Origin: Octopus vulgaris
Taxonomy: Eukaryota
Direction of reading: 5' to 3'
Assembly: GCA_951406725.2 (NCBI GenBank)
Contig: OX597817.1
Coordinates: forward strand, 69,316,001 to 69,380,000
Length of the DNA stretch: 64,000 bases
Program-made: the position numbers and the translations under genes
The notes under the pieces: model-generated
The model's input: only the letters and a program-made list of their open reading frames with translations
What the model was told of the DNA's origin: nothing
The model's database searches: none
Shown here: positions 11,758-24,859 of the stretch, one piece after another
Layout of the letters: each line of letters starts with the position of its first letter
Position numbering within the stretch: position 1 is the stretch's first letter

Positions 11758-14700
11758 TGTTTGTGTGTGTGTGTGTGTATGTATACATATATGTGCATGT
11801 GTGTGTGTATGTGTACATATATTGTTATTAAATTTGCAAATTATTTTGTAATTTTCACAATTTCTAATAACTTCCTAATTTAATATTTAAAGATTTTTCT
11901 CAACAAATATAATCTTAACAAGAAAGAGAATTAAAAATAAGAGACCATAAATTAAAAAGAAACAAATTTAAAGAAAAATAGACAGAAAAAAACAAAACAA
12001 AAAGGAACAAAGACATATACAAACATTACAATTTAGCTATCCTGAGTTTTCCTTGCATTAAGATAAAACTAGAAATCGTTGTGAAATGGAGATATGTGCC
12101 AGACTTTGAGAAGATACCCACATAATCAGGTGCATATAAGAAGACTGATCATACTTCACCCTACATAAAGTAAAGCTTAGGCATAGGCAGCTGATGGATC
12201 AGAGTACAATGTTGTGTTCTTTTAGAGAGAAAAGCTGGTGGGTGGGAGTACAGAAGAAAACAATTGCTTTAAAGAAGAATAACAAAATGTTTTAAAACCC
12301 AGCTGCCTTGATCCTACATTAAATAGCAGAAATATTATACATTAAGCCCTTAAGATATGTGCAACAGCTAATAGGTTTTCTTGAATCAATCCAAAAGCAG
12401 TTGGAGAAATGCCAAAATCTAGTAAAAGCTCATCTTAAGACTATAAAAATATAGTAAAAACAAAAATAAAAAAATTAACTTCGAAGTTGTTGGTTTCCAG
12501 CTTATATCTCTAAAGCATTTTGCAATGAGCGTCTTAAAGTATATATACATGTGTGTATACATAAATACATACTTACACACACAAATGCTGATTATTCTTT
12601 TAATGCTTTCAGTTTCTGTACTTTGTGGTTTACAAGGGTACTTTACAACTACAAGGTTTGGAGTTCAATTCACAGCATGATACTTTGGGCGAGTTTCTTC
12701 TACTACAGCCTTGGTTTGTCCAATGGCTTGCAAATGAAATTTGGTCAGTGAAAACTGCACAAAATCCCACTGTAACATAGATATTATATGGGAAAACAAA
12801 GCATCAGAATGCAGGACTTGGTGCCAGTTCTGCTTCTCCTTAATTCAAAGATTTTGAGCAAAGTTGATTCCAACATCAGGACTGACTTTATGCATGCTTG
12901 AAGGCATACTGACAAAACGTTGCTCCTCTAAACTGAAACTTATCATTTGGTTTTGTGACATGAAGCAAAGCAGGACTTACCATTCACTCAAGAGAACACA
13001 GAGTAAATGATCCACAAGCACTCAAGCAAACTGAGTCCTCAACTTGTTCCATTTGCCAAAAGGTTTGAAAGGCACCACCAGACCTCAAGAGACATATTCA
13101 TGTCCATAGAACATGATTTACATTTTATTTTAATGAAAGCCCTTTTGTCATTCACAATGAAATAATCCATCATATATATAAACACACACACATATATCAG
13201 AGGTTGTATAATTGTGTATAGGTAAAAATATTAGTCAATGGAATTCCAACATAGTCAGAGTCATATCTACATGCATCAATATTTCAGAGTTGAAGGAAAT
13301 CTTGAATGGTGGAGAATAGCTGTGAAAACATCTGAGAGGATCGAATAAAATACCCCTGAAGATGTTTGAGATTGCTTTCATTTCTAAAATACCGACTCAC
13401 TCAACACTTCAATATTTGTTCATAAAAATGTTCTTGCGTGTGTTTGTGTATCTATCTATCTGTCAATGTATGTATGCATGTATGTGTGTGTCCATTTGCA
13501 TGTCTTCACATTAACATTTAAGCAGCAGTAATGCTTTCTTATTTTTCATAAACAATCCATTCCATAGTTTGATATGTGAAGAACAGTGCAGTAAAGTACC
13601 CTATTTGGAAATAAATGGTTGGAGCCAGTAGGGGACCCAATAATAGATGCTGCATAAAGACATCTCATCCAACCAATGAAAAAAGTGGAAAAACATTGAG
13701 GATGATGGTAGACTTACACACATGCACACGTGCACCTGTGTGTGTGTATGTGTATATGTATATAAGTACACATATATGCACATGTACAACTTTAAGGTGA
13801 TCTACATGTCTACATCCATGTATGCATATCTACATATTGATCTTATATGTACCTATGTGTGTAAATTTATACATATGTAGGTACAGACATATATATAAAT
13901 ATGAATGTGTGTATCTGTGTATATGTGGATGTTCGCATACATATATATAAAATTTATTGTGTGTGTGTGCCCCTTTTTTTGCACCTGTATAGGTATATTT
14001 ATACAGTTTTTATATGTATATCTTAAACATATATCTACACAAATTCCTGTATCCATATATTCATGTGTAAATATGCCTCTTCACACATATGACTAATCAT
14101 ACACACACTCTTCACCTTATTTGATTATATTTCTTCTGTATTATGTGTAAATGTTTGTACACTTACCCGTAACCTTCTACTCATAGATTTTTCTTATATT
14201 TATATTGGCACAGCACCCCTACAACTCAAATACCATTATGACCATACTGTCATTCCATATCCTTCTCACTGGATTATTACATCTGTAACATTTTTTTTTT
14301 ATATACATACTTAAAACACACCTTCTGTATAACCAACACATCCCTATCCAAAATTTAATTTTTTTACTCATCTCTTTCTCTGCTCATTTACCTCTCCTAC
14401 ATTTATTTTGGTCTACCTAACTTCATTTTCAAATTCACTTTTTCATATTTATAAACACAGCAAGTACATACTACTTTAATTGTAATATTAACAATTGCTT
14501 TTCTGTTTTTACTTATTTTTCTCATGTATTATTAAACATGTTACCTTATATGATATATTTTATGCAAACATGAGTAGTTTATATACATCATCTTCTCTCT
14601 TTAACTCATTCTCATTCCTCTATTTTATACCATTTATTTACGTTAACTATCTAGTACTACCTTTTCATATAACACTTCCTCACACTAAACCTCATTCTTC

Positions 14701-15230
14701 TGTATAAATTTTTTTTAAAAATACATTATACTACATGCAGATTTCAACAATTAGTTTTAATTTTAATTTAAATTCTGTATAGATTTCCCATTGGACATTT
14801 CTACTACTTACTTTCCCTATGCTTCTTATATGGAGCTATAATTCTAATTTCCATACTCATCTATAGAATGAACGTCTCCAATATTCTTTACTTGCATCTT
14901 CAAATAAATGTTGAAGCTGTTAGTTATAGTTAAATATCTGACACAGACACCAATATGACTCTCCTAGCTCCAATTTTTTCTGCTATATTTCTTTTTAAGT
15001 TCCTTGCATTATGGTTTTTTTCCCTTCCTGCACTGAAGAGTACGTTGATATTAAATTAATTTAATTCAATCATGAATTTATATTATTATATCTCTGTATG
15101 AAATGATGGTCTGCTAGAATTAAGCTTCTTATAAATTTTAACAACTTGTCTCCTCCATTTTTAACAAAATTGACAGGATTTATGGAACTTCATTCCATAA
15201 ATTTACCATACATTATATATATATATATAA

Positions 15231-15541
15231 GTGGAGGCACAATGACCCAGTGGTTAGGGCAGCGGACTCGCGGTCGTAGGATTGCGGTTTTGATTCCCAG
15301 ATCAGGCGTTGTGAGTGTTTATTGAGCGAAAATACCTAAAGCTCCACGGGGCTCTGGCAGGGAGTGGTGGCGATTCCTGCTGTACTCTTTCGCTGCAACT
15401 TTCTCTCACTCTTTCTTCTGTTGGCCTGCTCGCTTAGCCAGCGGGGTGGCATCATTTGAAGGCTAAAACAATGTGAAGCGCATTGTGACCAGCTATGTGT
15501 AGCAACATCTGACAATGTGGTTGGTCATGTGATCACGTGAT
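15231..15541 (+). mobile_element. tRNA-derived SINE family C
   Basis: tRNA-like head GGAGGCACAATGACCCAGTGGTTAGGGCAGCGGACTCGCGGTC...GGTTTTGATTCC. The 3' part GAAGGCTAAAACAATG...GGTCATGTGAT is shared with 23660-23927 and 35475-35720. Flanked by (TA)n. Confidence 0.8.
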
Positions 15542-15567
15542 ATAACCACTGGGTCATTGTGCCTCCA

Positions 15568-15604
<37 letters not shown>

Positions 15605-16404
15605 ATATGTTGCTGTACTTTCGGGTGATCATTTTATTTATTATTATTTTTTGCTAAATAAACACGCACGCATATAAATGTATATGTGTGTGTATGATAC
15701 AGTATGTATATGTATACTGTTATACATATATGTATACATAGATATATATAATGAATTTTAGTAGTGAGGTAGTACTTGCATCAAGTAATTCACTGGCTCA
15801 AAGATATGGAAAAATTTATTATACAGAGAGCTGTCATCTAAAAACTAAAGATGCTTACATACAGTGTTCTGTATACAATAAAACACAGTCACAGATTGGT
15901 AAACAGGTGTCTAAGTACATACATTATTAAGGACTTGTCAGCAATGATGAAAGACTGGACGTCATAGTATTTAGTAAACTTTGCTGGTATTCTGAATCAC
16001 ATCTTCAGATCTTAAATTATATCTGATAAACTCTCAATGAAGAACAGAGCTAGAAAATTAAGTAAACAGTAATTTTGCTTGAGTCAAACTTCTTTTTTTT
16101 TTTTTTTTTTTTTTCACATTTGACTAATTCAATTTTTACATTAATAAAAAAAAGACAACAAACTGGAAGCCTGTAAATTGCCTGAAAGAGATTTATAATC
16201 ACGTGTAAGAACAAGATGAAATTTTGATTTTTTTTGTCAGCTGTGACATAATTCAGCTCATATTAATTATAAATATTAGAAACACCCAATATTTCCAATT
16301 AGTATGCCAAGCAATGACCCAAATCTGAATAAATATGCTTAACCCTCATATGCTCTATTAGACAGGCTATGAAAATGTTTTATATTTTGATTTCAAAATG
16401 GCTG

Positions 16405-16634
16405 TTCTTTTATTCTTTTACTTGCTTCAGTCATTTGACTGTGGCCATGCTGGAGACCTCCTTAAGGGGTTTTAGTTGAACAAATCGACCCCAGAACATA
16501 TTCTTTGCAATCTTAGTACTTATTCTAACGGTCTCCTTTGCTGAACCACCAAGTTACAGGGACGTAGACACACCAACATCAGTTGTCAAATGGTGATAGA
16601 GGCAGGGGACAGACACAGACACACAGACACACAC

Positions 16635-16676
<42 letters not shown>

Positions 16677-16834
16677 ATGTATATGACAGACTACTTTAAG
16701 TTTCTATCTATCAAATACACTCACAAAGCTTTGGTCAGCCCAAAGACACTTGAACAAGGTGCCACACAGTGGAACTGAACCCAGAACTATGTGGTTGGGA
16801 AACAAGCTTCTTACCACACAGCCATGCCTGCACC
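16405..16834 (-). mobile_element. tRNA-derived SINE family A
   Basis: Homologous to 5534-5972. Confidence 0.85.
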
Positions 16835-17577
16835 TGATAAACATAGTAAATCAAAAAAACGAAGCCAAATATTGTAGAGGTACCACAAACATAAGTCTGT
16901 AATCAAGATATTTAGTTCTTGATGAGTTCATCTAGAAGTCTTAGTATGAGAAAACCAACAGCTAAAACTAGCACCCAAATCTCCCTCCACTAAACTATAC
17001 TGCCATTAAAAAGAAAATGGAAGGACACATTAGCTTGTGTAGTCTAGGGTGTGATATGTCTAAAAAGAAATAAAGAAACTAATCATGCTTGGAAAAACTT
17101 CCCAGTTTGAACAGATTTGGGGCCAAGCTCCAACAACCATTTGAGAAAATTAATGTTTATTATAGCTTCTTGTTCTAAGTCCAATTCCACAATTAGGGAA
17201 AGATTCCTCTCTCAGACTTGCAGCCAATCCAAAAAGAGATCTAACACTCAGCTTCTTAAAAAGAATGGAAGTAAGTTCAGTTCTTTATGAGAGGAAAGAT
17301 TTCTCTTTTAGCTTTGTGACTTACATAGAAGGAAATATGTGAATGTCAATCAGTATCTTTAAATGAATGGAAACTGGAGCTGAGCATTTATACTTTGGGG
17401 ATCCACATTTCAGAAAAGATTGGTTCTCGTATGGTCAATAGCTAATTTAGTCACTGATGTTGTTGTGATCATTGTCCTAATTTTATCCCCCAAATCAGGT
17501 TCAATTAAACAAACCTATGAAACAGCCAGTGATTGGAAATCACCATCAACCATCATCATCATCATTTAACATCCATG

Positions 17578-18114
17578 ATGGGCACCCATGCTAGCAGAGT
17601 GTGAAGAGCACCATACGAGCGTGATCACTGACAGAGTGGCTAACCGGCTTCCTTGCCAGAGGCACATAAAAGGCACCATTCAAGTGTGATCGTTACCAGT
17701 GTTGCCTTACTGGCACTTGTGCCCCATGCCAGTAGGGTGCTAAGAGCACCATCCAAGCATGATCGTTGCCAGAGTGGCTAACTGGCTTCTGTGCCAGTGG
17801 CATGTAGGAGTCACCATTCGAACGTGATCGTTACCCGCATTGCCTTACTGGCGCCTGTGCTGGCAGCATGTGTAAAAAGATTTGAGTGAGGTCGTTGCCA
17901 GTACTGCCTGACTGGCCCCCGTGCTGATGGCACATAAAAGCACCCACTACACACTCGGAGTGGTTAGCATTAGGAAGGGCATCCAGCTGTAGAAACTCTG
18001 CCAGGTCAAGACTGGAGCCTGGTGCAGCCATGTGGTTTGCCAGCCCTCAGTCAAACCGTCCAACCCATGCTAGCATGGAAAGCGGACGTTAAACGATGAT
18101 GATGATGATGATGA
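17578..18114 (+). mobile_element. SINE family B / RTE 3'-end derivative with internal tandem repeats
   Basis: Repeated CACCATYCRAGYGTGATCGTT blocks, then GTGGTTAGCATTAGGAAGGGCATCCAGCTGTAGAAAC...GGAAAGCGGACGTTAAAC(GAT)n. Confidence 0.85.
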
Positions 18115-18573
18115 TATCCAAGCTGGCATGAGTTGGACAGTTTGACAAGATCCAGTGATTCGCAGGACTGCATCAAGCTCCAAAGTGTGAAGAGAGTGTG
18201 AAGATGGGCGGTTTGTGTGTATATGTGTGGTATTAACTGTGTGTTTGTATGAGTAGTCAGTATGTGTGTATGTAGTAAGATCTGTGTGTGTGTAGTAGGA
18301 TCTGTGTGTGCATGTATGTGTGTCTCTCTTTGTGTCACTCTATCTGTCTCTCTCTCTGTATAAATATGTGTGTGCGTGTAGATTTCGTGTGCATGTCTGT
18401 GTATGTAAGTGTGTGTGGAAGTGTATGTATGTGCAAGTTATGTGTGCATATGTGTGTATATATATGTGTGTGTGGAGGGGTTTGTGTCTATGTATGTATT
18501 TATAAGTATATAATATATAGGTATGTATGTATCTGTGTATGTATATATAGATATGTGTGTGTGTTTGTGTGTG

Positions 18574-18868
18574 TATTTTTTGCTGGTGAAGGCCAGTTTA
18601 AGGCGTTACCCTGGGTTTCCTGTCGAAAAAGGGTTTAACTTTATGGCATATTGTCAGACCCCAAGACCTGTGCCCCAAGACCTCTTTCAAATATTGAAAC
18701 AAGGGGATTATCTCCCTTTGTAAACAAGGGAATTATCTCCCTTTGCTAATGGCTATCAACTTCTAGCTGTACTGCCATCATTCAGCTATGAGGGTAAACA
18801 ATAAGGGATTATCTCACTCACCCGACAGCTATCAACTTCCATAAACCGGCCTTCACCACGAAAAAATA
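18574..18868. mobile_element. MITE with ~30-bp TIRs
   Basis: TATTTTTTGCTGGTGAAGGCCAGTTTA ... TAAACCGGCCTTCACCACGAAAAAATA inverted termini; three internal AAGGGRATTATCTC-like repeats. Confidence 0.7.
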
Positions 18869-18969
18869 AAGACTGCTCTACTCTTTAGAGTGTGCTTCTT
18901 CAGATTTATGTTTTTCTAAAAACAATATCTATGTGTATGAGTGTGTGTGTGTATATATATATATATATA

Positions 18970-19364
18970 CTAGCAGTATCGCCCGGCGTTGCTCGGGTTT
19001 GTAAGGGAAATAACTATATAAGCATTTTTAGAGAGTTATAGCCAAAAAATAGCAAAAAAATGCATTAAAAATTGAAAAAAAATGAAGGTAAATTTTTTTT
19101 TAAATCGTTGACACATCGTAGATATTTTTAGAGAGTTACTTCCCTTATATAAAAGCGAAAAAAATGCATTAAAATGGAAAAATATGATGGTAAATTTTTT
19201 TAAATCGTAGACTCATCGTAGACGCACGCTAATACCCAGAAGGGCTCGATATGAATCACGACTATAAGATACCCGCTTTTGGTTAAACTGCACTGCAAAA
19301 TGTGGGAGTAGTTAGGAATCTAAATCGTAGGAGACAGACACACAACTTCACTCTTATATAAAGA
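18970..19364 (-). mobile_element. Non-autonomous Helitron
   Basis: Minus strand starts A|TCTTTATATAAG and ends with hairpin CCCGAGCAACGCCGGG followed about 8 nt later by CTAG|T (canonical TC...CTAG in an AT target). Internal ~100-bp tandem duplication. Confidence 0.8.
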
Positions 19365-20541
19365 TGCTTTTTTTTTTCAGTCATAGAGTTAGATTTATGA
19401 AGGTCTTCAGTAGAAAATCCTTCGAATTCTGACTCGCTGCTTGATATAATGAAATTCGTATCCATTTTTTGTCAGAATTACAAATTTTGAAAACACAATA
19501 GGAACAAATTTCGGAAAAAAATCTCCCATAATTCACGGAATTAAAATTACACTTCGATTTTTGTACAAAACTGTAGTTGAAGTGTTTACGAAGTATAATA
19601 CGTGTTTTCACGAATGTACTAAAGAGATTTGCTCTGATATTCTCATTTAAATATGAATAGGTAAATTCGGGCGGCTTGGTAACTATATATAAGTGTCGTC
19701 TGTTTATACATAAACACTGTTTCATACTGCAATTATATATACATATATCTATATATAATATTATATAATAAAATATATACAGAGTAAAATAAAAACCAAT
19801 TTACCTTTTCTGTCCGTCCGTGTGTCTTTGCAAATGTGTTGGAATGATAAGTGAGTTGAGTTTTGACGCCTTTTTTACTAATAACAAACACACACGTGTA
19901 GTTGTATGTGTATGTAGTTGTATGTAGTTGTATATGTATGTGTATGCATGTGTGTGAGGAATGACACACACACACTCACGCACGCACACATGTACATCAA
20001 TGCTTTCGGAGTGATATGTTAAAATATTGAGTTTTCTCGAATTTTGTCTTAATTGGTGGTAAAATTGAAAGAAATTTTTTATGGCATCACCCACTGAAGT
20101 ACTCTGAAAAATCTTAGGTAAATTCTAATTGAATAAATTGTGTGAGGAGTAAATGGTTATGTATTTATTTGTTTCTGTTTGCAGTGTTTTTTTATTTTTT
20201 GAGTAGTGGTTTAAATACTTTCAGTTTAGTCTTCCTCAAATCACTCTGTCGCTATTTACTTTCATTTTATTCGTCGCACACTGTGTGCGTGCGTTTGCAT
20301 GTGGTGTAAACCAGACTAAGAAAAGCATTTGACACACACACCAGAATGTGAGTTTTCTGTAAATTTTGCTTAATTGGAGTTTAAATTTTAAAAACTGGAC
20401 CTGGCATGACGCGATGCATTGTACTCTTAAAAATGCTAGGTAAATTGTAATTGAAGAAATCCTATATTGTAGATTTGTATAACTCCCAAAGGGAGGCAGA
20501 TAAAATCTGCCTTTTATAATAAGAGATATATATATATATAT

Positions 20542-20583
<42 letters not shown>

Positions 20584-20662
20584 CAAAGTGAAGCTGTAAG
20601 GTACCACGGAAGTGGAAATATATATGAAAGAAGGTTTGAAAATGCAATTTTAAAGATGTTTA

Positions 20663-20711
20663 TTCACTTGACCGGTTTCACTTTTTTTAGAAAAAGTTTG
20701 TCAAAAGTAAA
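20663..20711 (-). ncRNA. Minimal type I hammerhead ribozyme (Penelope-like pLTR type), U3-A8 core variant
   Basis: Minus strand: UUUACUU-UUGACAA-ACUUUUU(CUAA)AAAAAGU-GAAA-CCGG-UC-AAGUGAA. Stem I is 7 bp with one U-G, stem II is 7 bp, stem III is palindromic, cleavage site GUC, followed by AAUAAA. Confidence 0.65.
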
Positions 20712-21227
20712 ATGTAAAGCTTTGTTGTGTTAAGTACTGGTTGTCACAAAAGTATTAAAATACATATATACATTCTTTGATAATAATAAGAAAATGTTAA
20801 AAAAGGAAATACCTGACAAAATATTAGACAAAAAGTTCAATAAAAATATCAGTTCATTAAAAATCCTGTTTATTTGGAAGTATCTATATACATACACAGG
20901 AAAGTATTAGGAGTTCAAAGAAAGTCATATTTGGTAGTGTATATACACAGAAAGAGATATATTTAGGAGTTTACAAAGAATTTGAGATGAACTAACCTGT
21001 TTTAGCATGTTTTATTTTGTGTGAAGCTAAGGGTTGTTTGCTATTTTAAGGGACAGTGTGGGAGGTAAGTTGGGGTGGGGGTAAGGAAAAGCAATGTGGA
21101 ATTGAAAGGATTTTTTTTGTTCCATAGCTAGTCTTTCATGGTTCGGTGGTTCTTGGACTGGTCTTAGAGGTCAGAATGGTGTGAGTGTGTGTGTCTCTGT
21201 GTATGTCGCTATGTTTATGTGTGCTGT

Positions 21228-21274
<47 letters not shown>

Positions 21275-21275
21275 A

Positions 21276-21317
<42 letters not shown>

Positions 21318-21590
21318 TACTCAACTATAAGCAGGGCAGTAATTTCCTTCTATCAGCGGTTTGTTTGCTGACTTTGTGCCTTTGAAGAATACAGAATAAG
21401 AGATCTGTTTCTTGAAAAACATAACGTTTTGCAAGAGGAAGCTTATCCAGCTGTAAAATACTATCACAATAATGTATTTCTCTAACCCATGCTGGCATGA
21501 AAAAATCGATGTAAAAATGACTGAACAAGGTGTGCATGTATGTGCATTATATATGTGAGAGTGTTTGTGCATGTGTATGCAAGGGAGAGA

Positions 21591-21639
<49 letters not shown>

Positions 21640-22651
21640 ATATATATATATAAACATACATATACATGTTTAGATGCATATACATATAAATATACACACA
21701 CATATATAGGGATCCATGGATCCACTCAGATATAATTATATCACACTAAAATGAGAGGAAACAAAATAAAGGGAAGCTACAGGCTATGTAAGCTTCACAG
21801 AAGAGAAAATATAGACTTAAAAGCTGTAACATACAACATAGCAGCACCTTTGTAAATATATGCATGTAGAATGTGATGGCTTTGTCAAAACATATTTGGT
21901 TATTAGAAAGAAGATGGCAAAAAAATAACATAGAAAGTAAATGGACTGTCATTGAATCTGCAAAAGCTTATACAAGAAATGCCCAGAGATATGGTGAACT
22001 TTGCTAGGTAGGAAAAATATTATAACTAGATACAAATTTATAAACTAGTCAACAAAATGCAAGAGTTTATGTCGAAATGTGGACACAAAAACAAATATTG
22101 CTTTAAGACTTTCCATATAAGACACAAACTGTCCACTTGCAATCAAAGAAACAGAAAAATGTGCAGAGATATACAAAATTTTCTTAGGTGGCAAACTCCT
22201 GCTGAATGCACACTTTGTGATTACTTTCTTATTTACCTGACAGTAAAACTATTATTAGAAACTTTCATTAGAGTATATCTATGACATCTGACAGTGGTTT
22301 ACCTAAAAGCCTAGCAACAACTAATAAAATGAATAGTTTTTATAATATTTCTATCAAAAATATGGAAGTGGTATAATGAAACAAGAAGGTGGCCTTCATG
22401 TGGTCACTGAACCTTCTAAAAACATAAACCAAATCTTCATATAACACTCAATCATCTTAAATAAATAAAAGCAATGTAGTTCTGGATATAAAAAGCAATG
22501 CTATAACTCCTAATATACAAAAATATGGGCTGGTCATGGTTGCAGCTCAAAAGCTTTCAGCGTAATATTCCTAAATAAAAGAATATTTTACACTGTCACA
22601 AGACCTGTTAGAAATTGCACCTTAATCTCCTTCAAATCACACCAAATAATT

Positions 22652-22829
22652 TTAAACCTTTCACATTCAGATAATACTCTATCAAATGTAATATTTATTC
22701 TTCACATTGTTTTGAATTAATCATGAATAGTCTTGAAAATTTTGATGCTGTGATTCTTTATTTTTAAAATGACTTTGTAGGGTAGGTGTGAGAGGTCGGA
22801 TACAGCTTGTTTAAATGCTAAAGGGTTAA
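22652..22829. mobile_element. Short piggyBac-like MITE (degenerate)
   Basis: TTAA-ACCTTTCACATT ... AATGCTAAAGGG-TTAA: imperfect inverted termini with TTAA flanks. Confidence 0.5.
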
Positions 22830-23136
22830 AGAAAGGGAAAGGCACATTAAATACCATAATCCTAGAAACCTATAAAGAACGAAAGGAACATTCTGGAAGT
22901 TCCTCTGTCGTAAGTCTACTTGTTCAGGCCTGATCTGAGGTTAAATAACAAATGCAACTACAAAGCTAAAATAATATTTTTACAGAAAAAATACTATAGA
23001 AATTTTGAAGAATGATAATTATAACTTCTCTAAGCTAATTGCAAAATAGAATTAAATGATCAATGTATGAGTTCTGCCATAGCGAACTAAGCATTGTGTT
23101 ATAAAATGTATATGCACACATATATAACATACATGT

Positions 23137-23545
23137 ATTCTTTTTATTTGTCTCAGTCCATGCTGGAACACTGCCTTTAGTTGAGCGAATCACCCCCAGG
23201 ACTTATTCTTTGTAAGCCTAGTACTTATTTTATTGGTCTTTTTTTGCCAAATCGTTAAGTTTCGGTGATGTAAACACACCAGCATCAGTTGTTAAGAGAT
23301 GTTGGGGCGGGAGGGCAAATACAGGAACACAAACACACACACACACACAAATATATATATATGTGATAGGCTTCTTTCAGTTTCCATCTACGAAAATCCA
23401 GTCACAAGGCTTTGGTCAGCCCAAGGCTATAGTAGAAAATACATGCCCAAAGTGCCACACAGTGGGACTGAACCCAGAACCTTGTAATTGGAAAGAAAGC
23501 TTCTTACCACACAACCACTCCTGCACCTCCATACAGCCACTCCTG
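23137..23545 (-). mobile_element. tRNA-derived SINE family A
   Basis: Homologous to 5534-5972. Confidence 0.8.
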
Positions 23546-23659
23546 TAAATACACATACACTCACATATCTATACAAGGATTCTCCTACACACACACACAC
23601 ATAGATATGCACACAAAGATATATGTGTTTATGTATACATATGTACATGTATATACAAG

Positions 23660-23927
23660 TCAAGGCACATGGCCTGGTGGTTAGGCTGTTGCACTCATGA
23701 TCACTAGATTGTGGGTTCAATTCCCTGATTGGGTGGTATGCTGTGTTCTTGAGCAAAACACTTCATTTCACATTGCTTCAATCCCCCTTTGATCAGAGAA
23801 GAATGTTGGCCTGCTCTCCTGGCTAGTGGGGTGGAGTCCTTCGAAGGCTAAAACAATGCAAAGCACATTGTGGCCAGTGATGTGTAATAATATCTGATAA
23901 CCTGGTCAGTCACATGGTCATGTGATA
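23660..23927 (+). mobile_element. tRNA-derived SINE family C (degenerate)
   Basis: TGGCCTGGTGGTTAGG A-box, GGTTCAATTCC B-box; 3' part shared with 15231-15541. Confidence 0.7.
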
Positions 23928-24818
23928 TACAAACATATGTACATATGATATACAAATATTAAAACATACATAATGTATATGCGTGTGTATGTATGAATGT
24001 ATATATGTATGTACATATGTATGTACATAAACAGACTGGAGCCTGGTACAGCTCTCTGGTTTACGGTTCCAGTCAAACTATCTAACCTATGTCAGCATAG
24101 AAAATGGACACTAAATGATAATAATGATGATATGCATTTATACATGTATGTAAACCCTCCTTTTTTTATTAGAATTTTTCCCAAGCATTCAATCCAACTT
24201 TGACCAATTTTTAGGACCACGTTTTGTGTTGCTACCACATTTAGTAGAGGTGAACACTGGGTCAAGATTCATATTAATAGCAGTACCCTCACACTAAATA
24301 CTTTATTCACTCAGTTTGTTAATTCTTTCAGTTTTATTTTGAAACAACAGAGGGTGAGGACCCTAATGAAACTGCACCGGCCATGATGCTAGGTTGCATA
24401 TCCAACAGTGTGCTGTCACTGCAGTCAAAACATATGTAGGTCTTGAAAAAATGCTGTAAATAACAGTTAAATAAAATTATAGATTTGAACATTTTCCATT
24501 ATCTTTATCATTATTAATACTATATATATATATATATTTATGGAAGTATATAAGAGGTAGGGGTAGTGAAAAATGTTGAGGAATCCAGACTTGAAGATTG
24601 GGAGTATGTCGAACCGGGTAAGTATTGAAACTAGATAACTCGTAGCTAATCATTACCAACGTAGTTTCATGAAACACGTGTAGTCTTATAAATGGAAAAT
24701 ACAGGATTCAGAATAGATATAATTAGTATAAGATTTAATTTTTAACATTTTATGGGGTGGTCGCGTATAAAATCTTTCGGTGTTGATTGAGTTGAAGGTG
24801 GTTCTGTCTCTAAAATTA

Positions 24819-24859
<41 letters not shown>

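Noticed and set aside
15231-15300. tRNA gene
   Set aside because: A tRNA-like SINE head without a complete cloverleaf; it continues into SINE body shared with other copies.
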